From contig JBBSKF010000005.1 of assembly GCA_038256525.1 (NCBI GenBank), positions 1 through 54,036 of the forward strand: a stretch of 54,036 nt of DNA, read 5' to 3'. This DNA is from Mycobacteriales bacterium. Lineage in GTDB: Bacteria > Actinomycetota > Actinomycetes > Mycobacteriales > SCTD01. Below are positions 32,641 to 43,207 of the stretch, in pieces (position 1 is the first letter of the stretch; each line of letters opens with the position of its first letter). The translations under genes and the position numbers were made by a program. The notes beneath the pieces were generated by a model, which was not told the origin of the DNA, made no database searches, and worked only from the letters and a program-made list of their open reading frames with translations.

Positions 32641-34077
32641 GTGAGCCTGCGCCTGTACGACACCGCAACGCGGTCGGTGCGCCCCCTGGCGCCGCTGCGG
32701 GCTGGTTCGGTCGGCGTCTACGTGTGCGGGCCGACGGTCCAGGCGCCGCCCCACGTCGGGCATCTGCGCAGCGCGGTCGCGTTGGACATCCTGCACCGTT
32801 GGTTGCTCGCCAGCGGCCTCGCGGTCACCTTCGTCCGCAACGTCACGGACATCGACGACAAGATCCTGCATGATGCTGCCCACACCGGCGAGCCCTGGTG
32901 GGCCCTTGCCACCCGGGTGACCCGCGCCTTCCACGACGCCTACGACGCCGTCCAGGTCCTGCCGCCGACCGGTGAGCCGCGGGTGACCGGCAGCATCGGC
33001 AGCATCACCGCGCTGATCGAGCGGATCATCGACCGGGGGCACGCCTACGCCAGCGGCGGTGACGTCTACCTGGCGGTGCGCACGGCCCCCGGTTACGGCG
33101 GGCTGTCCGGGCAGGATCCCGACTCGCTGCGCGCGTCGGACAAGGCTGTCGCGCACGGCCACACGGGCGCCAAGCGCGACCCGCTGGACTTTGCGCTGTG
33201 GAAGGCGGCCAAGCCGGGCGAGCCGTCGTGGCCGTCGCCGTGGGGGCCGGGCCGGCCCGGCTGGCACATCGAGTGCTCGGCGATGGCGGTGGACCACCTG
33301 GGCGAGAGCTTCGACATCCATGCCGGCGGGATCGACCTGGTCTTCCCGCATCACGAGAACGAAGTCGCGCAGTCCCGAGCCGCGGGCCACGGCTTCGCCC
33401 AGCACTGGCTCCACCACGGCCTGGTCACCGTCGCGGGAGGGGCGGAGAAGATGAGCAAGAGCCTCGGCAACGGCACCCTCGTCGAGGACGTCCTGCGCGA
33501 TGTCCGCCCGCAGGTCCTGCGCTACGTGCTGGGAGCCGGCCACTACCGCTCGCAGCTCGAGTGGTCCCTGGCCGCGGTCGCCGACGGGGAGGCGGCGTAC
33601 GGCCGGATCGAGACCTTCGTCCGCAACGCCACCGACGCCGTGGGGAGCCAGCCGGTCGACGAGGCGCTCGCCAAGGCCTCGTGGGAGGAGTTCGCCGCGG
33701 CGCTCGACGACGACCTGGCCGTCCCGCAGGCGCTCGCGGCGGTGCACTCCGCCGTGCGGGTCGGCAACGCACTGCTGGCCGCCCACGAGCTGCCGGCGCT
33801 TGCCGCGACGCTGTCGGTCGTCCGCCGGATGCTGGCCGTGCTCGCTCTCGACCCGGTCGGGCAGTGGCCCTCACCGGGCGGCAGTGAGCTGGGCGGTGTC
33901 GTCGACGCCCTGGTCGAGCTTGCGGTCGAGGCGCGCGCGGACGCCCGGGCCGGCAAGGACTGGGCGCGGGCCGATGCGCTTCGCGACCGGCTCACGGCCG
34001 CTGGCATCGTGCTCGAGGACACCGTGGTCGACGGGGTGGCCGGCGTGCGCTGGAGGTTGGCAGCCCATGACCGGTAA
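32641..34077 (+). CDS. cysS: Cysteine--tRNA ligase
   Basis: [47 protein letters not shown]. Confidence 0.97.
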   Translation: MSLRLYDTATRSVRPLAPLRAGSVGVYVCGPTVQAPPHVGHLRSAVALDILHRWLLASGLAVTFVRNVTDIDDKILHDAAHTGEPWWALATRVTRAFHDAYDAVQVLPPTGEPRVTGSIGSITALIERIIDRGHAYASGGDVYLAVRTAPGYGGLSGQDPDSLRASDKAVAHGHTGAKRDPLDFALWKAAKPGEPSWPSPWGPGRPGWHIECSAMAVDHLGESFDIHAGGIDLVFPHHENEVAQSRAAGHGFAQHWLHHGLVTVAGGAEKMSKSLGNGTLVEDVLRDVRPQVLRYVLGAGHYRSQLEWSLAAVADGEAAYGRIETFVRNATDAVGSQPVDEALAKASWEEFAAALDDDLAVPQALAAVHSAVRVGNALLAAHELPALAATLSVVRRMLAVLALDPVGQWPSPGGSELGGVVDALVELAVEARADARAGKDWARADALRDRLTAAGIVLEDTVVDGVAGVRWRLAAHDR

Positions 34078-35098
34078 GCCCCGCAGCGGGATCGCCAAGG
34101 GTGGCCAGGGTGGCCGGGCGGGCAAGACCGGTTCGCACCGCAAGGGGGCGGCGGTCGGTTCGGGTGGCCAGGGGCGCAAGAAGCTCGAGGGTCGCGGCCC
34201 GACCCCGCCGGCCGAGCAGCGCACCAAGCACCCGGCCGCCCGCAAGGCCGCTGCGGCCGTTCGGCGGGCCGCGAGCGCGAGTGCCAACCCGGCCTCGGCC
34301 GCCAGGCCGGTCGACCGGGCGGCCGGGCCGCGCGGCCCGCGCCGCTCCGGAGCGGACGCGCCGGAGACGGTCGTCGGCCGCAATCCCGTGCTGGAGGCAC
34401 TGCGCGCGAAGGTCCCGGCGACCGCCCTCTTTGTCGCGCTCGGGCTCGACGCGGACGAACGGGTGAAGGAGTCGGTTGCCCTCGCGGGCAAGGCCGGCAT
34501 GGCGCTGATGGAGGTCAGCCGGGCCGAGATGGACCGGATGACCGACCGCGCGCTGCACCAGGGGCTGGCGCTGCAGGTCCCGCCGTACACCTATCTGCAC
34601 CCCGACGACCTGCTGCAGCGCGCGCTCGCCTCGCCCGGACCCCTGCTGGTGGCCCTCGACGGGGTGACCGATCCGCGCAACCTCGGTGCGATCGTGCGTT
34701 CTGCGTCGGCCTTCGGCGCGCAGGGTGTGCTCGTCCCGGAGCGGCGCGCGGCCGGCATGACCGCCGCTGCCTGGCGCGCCTCGGCCGGCGCCGCTGCCCG
34801 GCTGCCGGTCGCGCGGTGCACCAACCTCTCGCGGACGCTCGGGGCCTACCGGGAGGCAGGTCTGTTCACCGTCGGGCTGTCCGCCACCGGAGACGTGCGG
34901 CTCGACGATCTCGAGCTCGCGACCGAGCCGCTGGTGGTCGTGGTCGGGTCCGAGCGTGACGGGCTGGGCCGGCTGGTGACGCAGAGTTGTGACCTCACCG
35001 TGAGCATCCCGATGGGGGCACAGTCTGAGTCGCTCAACGCCGGCATTGCTGCTGCCGTCACTCTCGCCGAGATCGCGCGCCGGCGTCGGGTTTCCTGA
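34067..35098 (+). CDS. rlmB: 23S rRNA (guanosine-2'-O)-methyltransferase
   Basis: [32 protein letters not shown]....SLNA. Confidence 0.93.
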   Translation: MTGKPRSGIAKGGQGGRAGKTGSHRKGAAVGSGGQGRKKLEGRGPTPPAEQRTKHPAARKAAAAVRRAASASANPASAARPVDRAAGPRGPRRSGADAPETVVGRNPVLEALRAKVPATALFVALGLDADERVKESVALAGKAGMALMEVSRAEMDRMTDRALHQGLALQVPPYTYLHPDDLLQRALASPGPLLVALDGVTDPRNLGAIVRSASAFGAQGVLVPERRAAGMTAAAWRASAGAAARLPVARCTNLSRTLGAYREAGLFTVGLSATGDVRLDDLELATEPLVVVVGSERDGLGRLVTQSCDLTVSIPMGAQSESLNAGIAAAVTLAEIARRRRVS

Positions 35099-35196
35099 TC
35101 GAGCACGACATGCGTAGGATACGTCCGCCCTGAGAGCTATCGCCCGCACGTCGCTGGCGTTACCCCTTGGTGTCAGGCTCGTTGACTTTCCCGAAC

Positions 35197-36036
35197 ATGC
35201 AGCTCCCCGCCAACTCCCAACGGCGAAGGACCCAGAACGTGCGCCTGCTTCGCGAGCGGTCCGCCTCGGGCGACCGGCTGCCGTCGCGCGAGGAGCTGCT
35301 CCCGCCTGTTGCGGTCGTTGCGCTCGGTGACGAAATCGCGCAGGCAGAGTCGCTGGTGGCCCAGCTCGACAGCGAGGTCAGCACGTCCGTCCGGGGGGCC
35401 GGCTGGGGCGGCGCCCCTGTCGCCACAGACGACGAGCTGGTGCGCGACGCCCGGACGGGCAGCGACGCGGCGCTGGCCGAGCTGCTACAGCGCTACCGCT
35501 CCTACGCGCGGGTCAAGGCCCGGTCCTACTTCCTGGTCGGCGCCGACCGCGAGGACGTCGTGCAGGAGGGGATGATCGGCCTCTACAAGGCCATCCGCGA
35601 CTTCGACCCCGGCCGCGAGTCCTCGTTCCGCGCCTTCGCCGAGCTCTGCATCACCCGGCAGATCATCACGGCCATCAAGACCGCGACCCGCCAGAAGCAC
35701 GGCCCCCTGAACAACTACGTCTCGTTCTCGCGGCCGGTCGGCGGGGAGGTGGACGGTGAGCACCTGCTGGCCGACGTGCTGCCCACCGTCGCCCTCAGCG
35801 ACCCGGCCGACCTGGTCATCTCGGCCGACCGCATCCGCGCCCTGCAGGCGCATTTCGACGAGGTCCTGTCCGATCTCGAGACCGAGGTCCTCCGCCTGTA
35901 TGTGGAGGGGCGCAGCTACCAGGAGATCGCCGAGCGGCTGCACCGCCACGTCAAGTCCATCGACAACGCGCTCCAGCGCATCAAGCGCAAGCTCGAGGGC
36001 CACCTGCAAGCACGTGAAGTCGCCGACGCCGGCTGA
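35197..36036 (+). CDS. sigH: Sigma factor of the Bacillus/Clostridium SigH (Spo0H) family, not the actinobacterial ECF SigH
   Basis: KARSYFLVGADREDVVQEGMIGLYKAIRDF, FAELCITRQIITAIKTATRQKH.PLN.Y, GRSYQEIA...VKSIDNALQRIKRKL. Start uncertain. Confidence 0.9.
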   Translation: MQLPANSQRRRTQNVRLLRERSASGDRLPSREELLPPVAVVALGDEIAQAESLVAQLDSEVSTSVRGAGWGGAPVATDDELVRDARTGSDAALAELLQRYRSYARVKARSYFLVGADREDVVQEGMIGLYKAIRDFDPGRESSFRAFAELCITRQIITAIKTATRQKHGPLNNYVSFSRPVGGEVDGEHLLADVLPTVALSDPADLVISADRIRALQAHFDEVLSDLETEVLRLYVEGRSYQEIAERLHRHVKSIDNALQRIKRKLEGHLQAREVADAG

Positions 36037-36070
36037 CGGCCCGGCTCGAGCCCTACGCTTCGGGGCGTCT

Positions 36071-36145
36071 GCCGGATTAGCTCAGTGGTAGAGCAACCGC
36101 CTTGTAAGCGGTAGGTCGTCGGTTCAACCCCGACATCCGGCTCCA
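36071..36145 (+). tRNA. tRNA-Thr (anticodon TGT), CCA encoded
   Basis: Acceptor stem GCCGGAT/ATCCGGC, D arm GCTC..GAGC, anticodon arm ACCGC-CTTGTAA-GCGGT, T arm GTCGG-TTCAACC-CCGAC. Confidence 0.97.
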
Positions 36146-36200
36146 CAAGCGCCCGAGCTGCGGGAAACCTTTGCGCCCGCTTTGAGGCCCCCCGGGGGGG

Positions 36201-36260
36201 GGCAAGATCTTCGCGGAGTTCACAGGGTGCCTGCCCTGTGAACACCCCGAAGATCTTGCC
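36201..36260. repeat. Long inverted repeat (27-bp arms, 2 mismatches, 6-nt loop)
   Basis: GGCAAGATCTTCGCGGAGTTCACAGGG-tgcctg-CCCTGTGAACACCCCGAAGATCTTGCC. Confidence 0.85.
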
Positions 36261-36341
36261 GGTCATCCGTCCGGCGCGCGGCGGGAAACTGGACGAGGTC
36301 GGGCTGGACCTGAGTTGATGGCGTTCTGCTGCACGCGCGGC

Positions 36342-36545
36342 TCACTCGGCAGACGCGAGCAGCTCCTTGGTCTGGCGGCGTATCAGGACCGGCAGGAAGG
36401 TGCGCACCGGAGCGCCCTCGTAACGACCGACGATGTCGGCGAAGTGCCGGGCCACGACGTCGGCGGGAATGCGGTCCGAGAACTCCTGCTCGAGGTGAAT
36501 CCGCACCGCGTCCAGCTGTCGCTGCTCGTCCTCGACGCCCACCAA
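36342..36545 (-). CDS. Small three-helix-bundle protein (DUF3562-like)
   Basis: L..EF......V...........APVRTFLPVLIRR; AAGGGAG upstream of a TTG/GTG start. Confidence 0.7.
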   Translation of the reverse strand: MVGVEDEQRQLDAVRIHLEQEFSDRIPADVVARHFADIVGRYEGAPVRTFLPVLIRRQTKELLASAE

Positions 36546-36660
36546 GACTCCCTTCAGGGACACTGCCGACCGGCGCCCTCCATGCACCGAACACCTACCG
36601 GGTGAACAGAGGATGACAATCGGGCCGGCCAGCGGATCCAGCCGCCGTAGGGTGGGCACG

Positions 36661-38070
36661 GTGACCGGTCGGCTCGTCAGCCGCACCGTCGACCTCGCTC
36701 CGGCCCTGGTCCTCGCGCTGCTCGGCAGCGCCTTGCTGGCCCGTCGTCAAAGTCTTTGGTACGACGAGCTGTTCACCGCCGAGGTCGGGCCCGTCCCGTT
36801 CGGCGAGCTGGTCCGGGCGGTGCTGTCCGGCGAGGGCACGACGTCGTACCTCGTGGGAGTCCCGCCTTCCTACAACGCCCCCTACTACGCGGCCGTGCAC
36901 CTGTGGCTCCTGCTGACCCGGCTGCCCGCCAACGACATCGGCCTGCGCCTGCTCTCGCTGCTCGCCACTGTCGGCGCGGTCGTGGTGCTGACCGCCGCTG
37001 TCTCCCGGCTGGCCGGGCGCCAGGTCGGGCTGACGGCCGGGCTGGTCGCGGCCACGAACCCCTTCGTCGTGGAGTACGCCGTGGAGGCTCGCGGCTACGG
37101 CCTGGCCATGCTCGCCACCAGCATCACCGTGCTCGGGCTGGCCCACTGGCTCGACGGCGGTCGGTTGTGGCGCTACGCGGCCGGCGCGACGCTGGCCGGG
37201 CTCGCCCACTGGTTCGCCCTGCCAGTCGTGGCCGGACTCGCGCTGGCCGCGCTGCTGCTGCGCCGGCGGCAGGCCCGGGGGCTGCTCGCCGTGAGCGCCG
37301 CCGCTGCCGTCCCGACCCTGCTGCTCGTCGGACTGACGCAGCTCAACGGGCTCGGCGACGGCGCGATCGGCCCGATTCCGAACGCTGGCGCCGCCGTGCC
37401 CGCCCTCGCCGTGAAGGCATGGAGCGCAGGAAGTCCGCTGCTGATCGTTGCCACGGTCCTCGCGGTGGCAGCCGGGATGTGGCAGGGCGTACGCGGCAGT
37501 GCGCCGGACCGGCGTACCGCAGTGATCGGTGCCTGCTGGGTCGGGGTCCCGCTGGTCGCGGTCACCCTCGCCCAGCTGGCCCGGCCGGTGTTCGTTCCGC
37601 GCTACCTGCTGGCGGCGCTGCTCGGGCTGAGCGTGCTGACCGCGCTGGGCATCGCCCGGCTGCCCGGGCGCTCGCGGGTCGTCGCTGCGGGCCTGCTGGT
37701 GATCTTCTCACTGGTGGCCGTCGCCGACGTCTACGGCCGGCGCGTTCGCGAGGATGCCCGCGGTGTCGTCGCCCTGATCGCCGCGCGGCAGCAGCCGGGG
37801 GAGCCAGTCGTGGCGGTCGACCGGCGGGCCGCGCTCGCGCTCGAGCACTACACCGAGCGGGAGCATCCGCGGCTGCTGCCGGACATCTTCGTGCCGCCCG
37901 ACGACCCGCCGGCCGGCGCCGGGACGGTCTGGCTGGTGCGCGAGTCGGTGCGCGGCCGGCCGCTGCCCTCCGACGACGACGCCATCCTGATCGCGCAGGG
38001 CCTGCAGATCACCGACACGTGGGTGCTGCCGGGCACGATCATGGACCTGGTCGTCCAGCGCTGGGCGTAG
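36661..38070 (+). CDS. Polytopic GT-C glycosyltransferase (GT39/GT83, PMT-like)
   Basis: SLWYDE, P.YY...H.W, LRLLS, YAVEARGY, FVPRYL, many TM helices; TAGGGT 7 nt before GTG 36661. Confidence 0.82.
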   Translation: MTGRLVSRTVDLAPALVLALLGSALLARRQSLWYDELFTAEVGPVPFGELVRAVLSGEGTTSYLVGVPPSYNAPYYAAVHLWLLLTRLPANDIGLRLLSLLATVGAVVVLTAAVSRLAGRQVGLTAGLVAATNPFVVEYAVEARGYGLAMLATSITVLGLAHWLDGGRLWRYAAGATLAGLAHWFALPVVAGLALAALLLRRRQARGLLAVSAAAAVPTLLLVGLTQLNGLGDGAIGPIPNAGAAVPALAVKAWSAGSPLLIVATVLAVAAGMWQGVRGSAPDRRTAVIGACWVGVPLVAVTLAQLARPVFVPRYLLAALLGLSVLTALGIARLPGRSRVVAAGLLVIFSLVAVADVYGRRVREDARGVVALIAARQQPGEPVVAVDRRAALALEHYTEREHPRLLPDIFVPPDDPPAGAGTVWLVRESVRGRPLPSDDDAILIAQGLQITDTWVLPGTIMDLVVQRWA

Positions 38071-38089
38071 GCGTCGCCAGGCGCGGGGC

Positions 38090-38752
38090 TCAGCGGTGGC
38101 GGGCCGCCCACCACAGGGTGCGGGTGGACTGCCGAGCTCTCGCGCCCACCGTCCACGCCGAGCGGCCGTGCGCCCGCTCCGACCGGGCCACGGGGACGCT
38201 CGCGACCCGCAGGCGGGCCGCCCCGATCGCGGCCACGAGGCTCGGTGCGTCCCCGGCCAGCACGACGCGTCGCGCGGGAGCATCCAGCGCGAGAAAGGCG
38301 CCGGCGTCGGCGGGCAGGCCGGTGAGCCGGGCCAGCAGGGCGCGGTGCAGCCGGCCGGTGTGCAACCGCAGCGGACTTTCGTACGCACCGCGCCGTCCTG
38401 CGAAGACGACCGCCACGTCACCGCCCGCCAGCCTGTCGAGCAGCAGCGGCACCGCTTCCGGAGGGTCCTGCAGATCGGCGTCCAGGCACACCCAGGCGCT
38501 CGCGTCGGGCTCGGCGGCCAGGCCGAGCTCCAGCGCCCCGTGCTGACCGACGTTGCGCTCCAGCACCGTGACGGTGACGCGCGGGTCGCGGGCGGCGATC
38601 CCGGCGGCGACGGTCGCGCTGGCGTCGGGGGAGGCGTCGAGAACGAACCGCAGCCGCCACGGCCGACCCCGCAGGGCTTCCGCCAGCCGCGCAGTCAGCG
38701 CCTCCAGGGTGGCCGCGTTGCCGTACACGGGCACGACGACCGCCACCGTCAC
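38090..38752 (-). CDS. GT2 glycosyltransferase (polyprenol-phosphate glycosyltransferase, DPM1/GtrB-like)
   Basis: VVVPVY, DASPD, RNVGQH, LDADLQDPPE, R.HGRS; no C-terminal TM helices. Confidence 0.85.
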   Translation of the reverse strand: MTVAVVVPVYGNAATLEALTARLAEALRGRPWRLRFVLDASPDASATVAAGIAARDPRVTVTVLERNVGQHGALELGLAAEPDASAWVCLDADLQDPPEAVPLLLDRLAGGDVAVVFAGRRGAYESPLRLHTGRLHRALLARLTGLPADAGAFLALDAPARRVVLAGDAPSLVAAIGAARLRVASVPVARSERAHGRSAWTVGARARQSTRTLWWAARHR

Positions 38753-39654
38753 GAGCCGGCCTCCCAGCACCGGCGCAGCCCGGTCACCACGTCGGTGCGG
38801 GGCTCCCAGCCGAGGGACTCGCGCGCCGCGGACGAGTCGCACACCCAGGAGCCGGTGTCCCAGGACCGGCCTTGGTGAACTCCGCCCGCCACGCGCACGG
38901 TGCGTCCGCTGACCTGTTCGAGCACGCCGACCAGCTCCTCGTTGGCGGTCTGCACGCCGGTGCCGATGTTGAGCACCGAGCCGGTCGCCAGCCGATCGGC
39001 GCCGGCCGCGAGCACGCACGCGTCCACGACGTCGGCGACGTAGACCCAGTCGCGCCGCCGACCGGGCCCCGTCAGCGGCAGAACGGTGCCGTCACGGGCG
39101 GCACGCACGGCCGTCGGGACGAGCCGGGCCGGATGGTCCCGCGGGCCGTAGACCTGGAAGGCGCGCAGCACCACCGACCGCACGCCGCGCTCAGCGGCAA
39201 CTGCGCTCAGCAGCAGCGAGCCGGCCGCCTTCGTGGCGCCGAAGAACCCACGTGGGCGCAGCGGGGCGTCCTCGGTCATCGGCCCGTCGAGGGCGGCGTA
39301 CTCGGTCGATGAACCGAGCCGGACGACCGCCCGGCAGCGGTCCGGCAGGGCCTCGACCAGGTGCAGGCCGGACAGCGTGTTGACCGCCGCAGTGGCGGCG
39401 CGCCCGGCCGCGTCCCCTCGCAGACGGGACGCGGCGAGGTGGAAGGCGACGTCGGGGTCGGCGGCACGTACGGCGGCCGCGAGCGCCACCGGGTCGGCGA
39501 CATCGACCGCGAGCAGCTCGACCGCGAGCTGTTCGGCGGCCGGGGGCGAGCCTGGCCGTACCGTCCCGACGACGTCCCACCCGTCTGCCACGAGCCGGTC
39601 GCACAGGTGAGCGCCGACGAAGCCACCGGCCCCGAGCACCAGGGCCCGGCTCAC
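38749..39654 (-). CDS. NAD-dependent epimerase/dehydratase family protein (extended SDR)
   Basis: GAGGFVG, FHLAA, GSSTEY, FGATK, VYGP, RDWVYVADV, NIGTG, LGWEP. Confidence 0.87.
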   Translation of the reverse strand: MSRALVLGAGGFVGAHLCDRLVADGWDVVGTVRPGSPPAAEQLAVELLAVDVADPVALAAAVRAADPDVAFHLAASRLRGDAAGRAATAAVNTLSGLHLVEALPDRCRAVVRLGSSTEYAALDGPMTEDAPLRPRGFFGATKAAGSLLLSAVAAERGVRSVVLRAFQVYGPRDHPARLVPTAVRAARDGTVLPLTGPGRRRDWVYVADVVDACVLAAGADRLATGSVLNIGTGVQTANEELVGVLEQVSGRTVRVAGGVHQGRSWDTGSWVCDSSAARESLGWEPRTDVVTGLRRCWEAGS

Positions 39655-40436
39655 ACCGCGGCGGGGACCCGCGTCGGCGCCACCGCGGCGACGAGCGCGG
39701 CCCGGTCGGCGACGACCTGACTGGCCGTACGCCGGCGGGCCATGGCGCAACCGGCCGAGATGCGGGGTATCTCCACCGAGAGGTCCCGTCCAGCCGTGTC
39801 GTCGTGAAAGGACCGGCGCAGAAAAGTGAAAGAGGCTCCGAGCCGGATCAGCTCGGCGGCCAGCAGCCGGCTCGGCACGGGCCAGCCGGCGTCCGGCCGG
39901 GTGAGCCCGGCCACCCCGAAGGGCACCGTCACGGCGCCGCGGACTGCCTGGACCGTCCCGTCGACGAGCGGCTCGAACAGCGATGCGGCCCCGCGGTCGA
40001 TGCGCAGGTCGTTCAGGCCGACGTAGACGCGGGACAGGGGACGCCGGACGATCTCGCCGACACGCTCCACCGCGTCCTGGGTCTCGACGAGGATGCCGAC
40101 CCCGCAGCGCCCCGCAGCGGCGTCGAGCGCCAGGTCGACATCGCCCGGTGTCCGGACCATGGGCAGCAGCACCTCGTCGGCGCCGAGGTCCGCGGCCAGC
40201 CCGATCTCGTCCGGCGTCCAGGGCCCCGGGCCGTTCACCCGGCACAGCACCCGGCCGGCCGTCGCTGACCGGACCCGGGCCAGGTCCTCGGCGGTGTCCT
40301 CGTTGATCTGCGTGTCCGCCCCCGCCTGGCGGCGGGCCTTGCCCCGGCGCTCCCAGTCGACGATCACGCCGGCCGCGCCGGCGGTCACCACGGCGAAGGC
40401 GCGGCGGGGGTCAGCGGTGAAGACGAAGAGGTCCAT
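39651..40436 (-). CDS. HpcH/HpaI aldolase / citrate lyase-like TIM-barrel protein
   Basis: IVDWE..GK..RQ...DTQI, RVN, LLPM, LVET, YVGLNDL; TAACAT 7 nt before ATG 40436. Confidence 0.72.
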   Translation of the reverse strand: MDLFVFTADPRRAFAVVTAGAAGVIVDWERRGKARRQAGADTQINEDTAEDLARVRSATAGRVLCRVNGPGPWTPDEIGLAADLGADEVLLPMVRTPGDVDLALDAAAGRCGVGILVETQDAVERVGEIVRRPLSRVYVGLNDLRIDRGAASLFEPLVDGTVQAVRGAVTVPFGVAGLTRPDAGWPVPSRLLAAELIRLGASFTFLRRSFHDDTAGRDLSVEIPRISAGCAMARRRTASQVVADRAALVAAVAPTRVPAAV

Positions 40437-40514
40437 GCGCGGCATGTTAGGGCAACCTTCCCTAAGCCGCAGGTGGGGCGCTCGGCGTGGCATTCTCGGG
40501 CAGTGACCGCCCGC

Positions 40515-41756
<1,242 letters not shown>

Positions 41757-41817
41757 TGACCTCCCGTGGAGCCTTCCCTTCGACGGCACCTGGCTGTGCT
41801 TTCATGGCGGCGCAGCG

Positions 41818-41836
41818 AATGACAACGGTGTCACTT
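41818..41836. promoter_or_regulatory. Palindromic candidate operator upstream of the DUF3263 operon
   Basis: AA-TGACA-acgg-TGTCA-cTT, about 27 nt before the ATG. Confidence 0.5.
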
Positions 41837-41863
41837 GCCCGCCGGCCCGGCACAGGAGGATCG

Positions 41864-42163
41864 ATGAGCGGCTCCCCGACGCCCGCACCCGTGTCACAGG
41901 TGGTGCCTTCGGACGGCCTGACCGAACGCGAGGTCGCCATCCTCGCCTTCGAACGGCAGTGGTGGAAGTACGCTGGCGCCAAGGAGACGGCGGTCCGTGA
42001 CCTGTTCGACATGAGCGCGACCCGCTACTACCAGGTGCTCAACGCTCTTCTCGACAAGCCGGAGGCGCTCGTGGCCGACCCGATGCTCGTCAAGCGCCTG
42101 CGCCGGCTGCGCTCGACCCGGCAGCGCTCGCGATCGGCGCGCCGCCTCGGCCGCGACGCCTGA
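41864..42163 (+). CDS. DUF3263 family protein (Rv0430-like)
   Basis: IL.FERQWWKYAGAKE, SATRYYQVLNAL, DPMLVKRLRR; AGGAGG ribosome-binding site. Confidence 0.92.
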   Translation: MSGSPTPAPVSQVVPSDGLTEREVAILAFERQWWKYAGAKETAVRDLFDMSATRYYQVLNALLDKPEALVADPMLVKRLRRLRSTRQRSRSARRLGRDA

Positions 42164-42164
42164 G

Positions 42165-42803
42165 ATGACCCCGAGTGGCTCCGGCGCTGAGCCGCTCGCG
42201 GTCACGGACCCGCTCCAGGACGCCGAGCCGCCGCCGATCTCGCCGCCCCGGCTCTCGCCCGCCAGGGCACTGGCCGGCGCCGTGGTGTCGGTCGCCGGGG
42301 TGCTGCTCGGCGTCGGCAGTCTGCTGTGGGTGACCGATGACCCCTCGCGGGGTCCGGGGCCGACCGTGCGCGTCGAGCCGGTGCCGCTCGCCCAGGAGCC
42401 GCGTCCCCAGACGGAGCCGGTCCTGTCGCCGGCCGCCGTGCCCTTCGTGCCGTCCATCGTGGTGCCGGCCACCGTGGTGCCGGCCCCTGTCGCATCGCCT
42501 CCCCCACCCGCGGCGGCCCCGCCGTCGCTGGTCGTGCCGGTCACGGTGCTCAACAACTCCACCAAGAGCGGCCTGGCCGAGCGAGCGGCTGCCCGCTTCG
42601 ATCGCGGTGGCTGGCCGGTCGCGCTGACCGGCAACTTCCGCGGCCAGATCCCGGTCACGACCGTCTACTACGACCCGGGGCTGGAGGCGTCCGCGCGCGC
42701 GTTCGCGGCCGACTTCCGGGGAATCGCCCGCGTCCGCCCACGCTTCGCGACGCTGCCCGCACGGGGCGTCGTCGTGGTGCTCACGCGTGAGTTCCCGGCC
42801 TGA
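42165..42803 (+). CDS. Membrane-anchored LytR C-terminal domain protein (Rv0431/VirR-like)
   Basis: TM helix, Pro-rich linker, VTVLNNST.SGLA, GN, TTVYY. Confidence 0.85.
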   Translation: MTPSGSGAEPLAVTDPLQDAEPPPISPPRLSPARALAGAVVSVAGVLLGVGSLLWVTDDPSRGPGPTVRVEPVPLAQEPRPQTEPVLSPAAVPFVPSIVVPATVVPAPVASPPPPAAAPPSLVVPVTVLNNSTKSGLAERAAARFDRGGWPVALTGNFRGQIPVTTVYYDPGLEASARAFAADFRGIARVRPRFATLPARGVVVVLTREFPA

Positions 42804-43207
42804 TGGCGAACATTCGCAGACCAGTCCTGTGTCTCGTGGCACTTCCGCTGGCCGCGTGCTCCGCCGGCGGCGCCGACTCGGTGACGGCTGCCCCGCGTAC
42901 GGACCTGAGAATCGAGATCGTACGAGAGGTCGGAGCCGAGCCCGAGCGGCTCACGCTCACCTGTGAGCCGACCGGCGGCGACCACCCGGAGGCGGCGCAG
43001 GCCTGTGCCGACCTGGGGCAGGCGCAGGAGCCGTTCGCAGCCCTGCCGTCCGACCGGATGTGCACCGAGATCTTCGGCGGCCCGCAGACAGCCGTCGTGA
43101 CCGGAACCCATCGCGGTGAGCCCGTGCGCACCGAGCTGTCCCGCTCCGACGGCTGCCGGATCGAGCAGTGGGAGAGCCTCGGGGCGGTCCTTGCGGGGCC
43201 ACGATGA
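42803..43207 (+). CDS. Lipoprotein with subtilisin-inhibitor (SSI)-like domain
   Basis: Lipobox LAAC; LTCEP.GGDHP...AC, MCTEIFGGP, RSDGC. Confidence 0.8.
   Translation: MANIRRPVLCLVALPLAACSAGGADSVTAAPRTDLRIEIVREVGAEPERLTLTCEPTGGDHPEAAQACADLGQAQEPFAALPSDRMCTEIFGGPQTAVVTGTHRGEPVRTELSRSDGCRIEQWESLGAVLAGPR

Noticed and set aside
36071-40436. tRNA-targeted integrative island
   Set aside because: No integrase and no duplicated tRNA 3' end noticed; composition is host-like.
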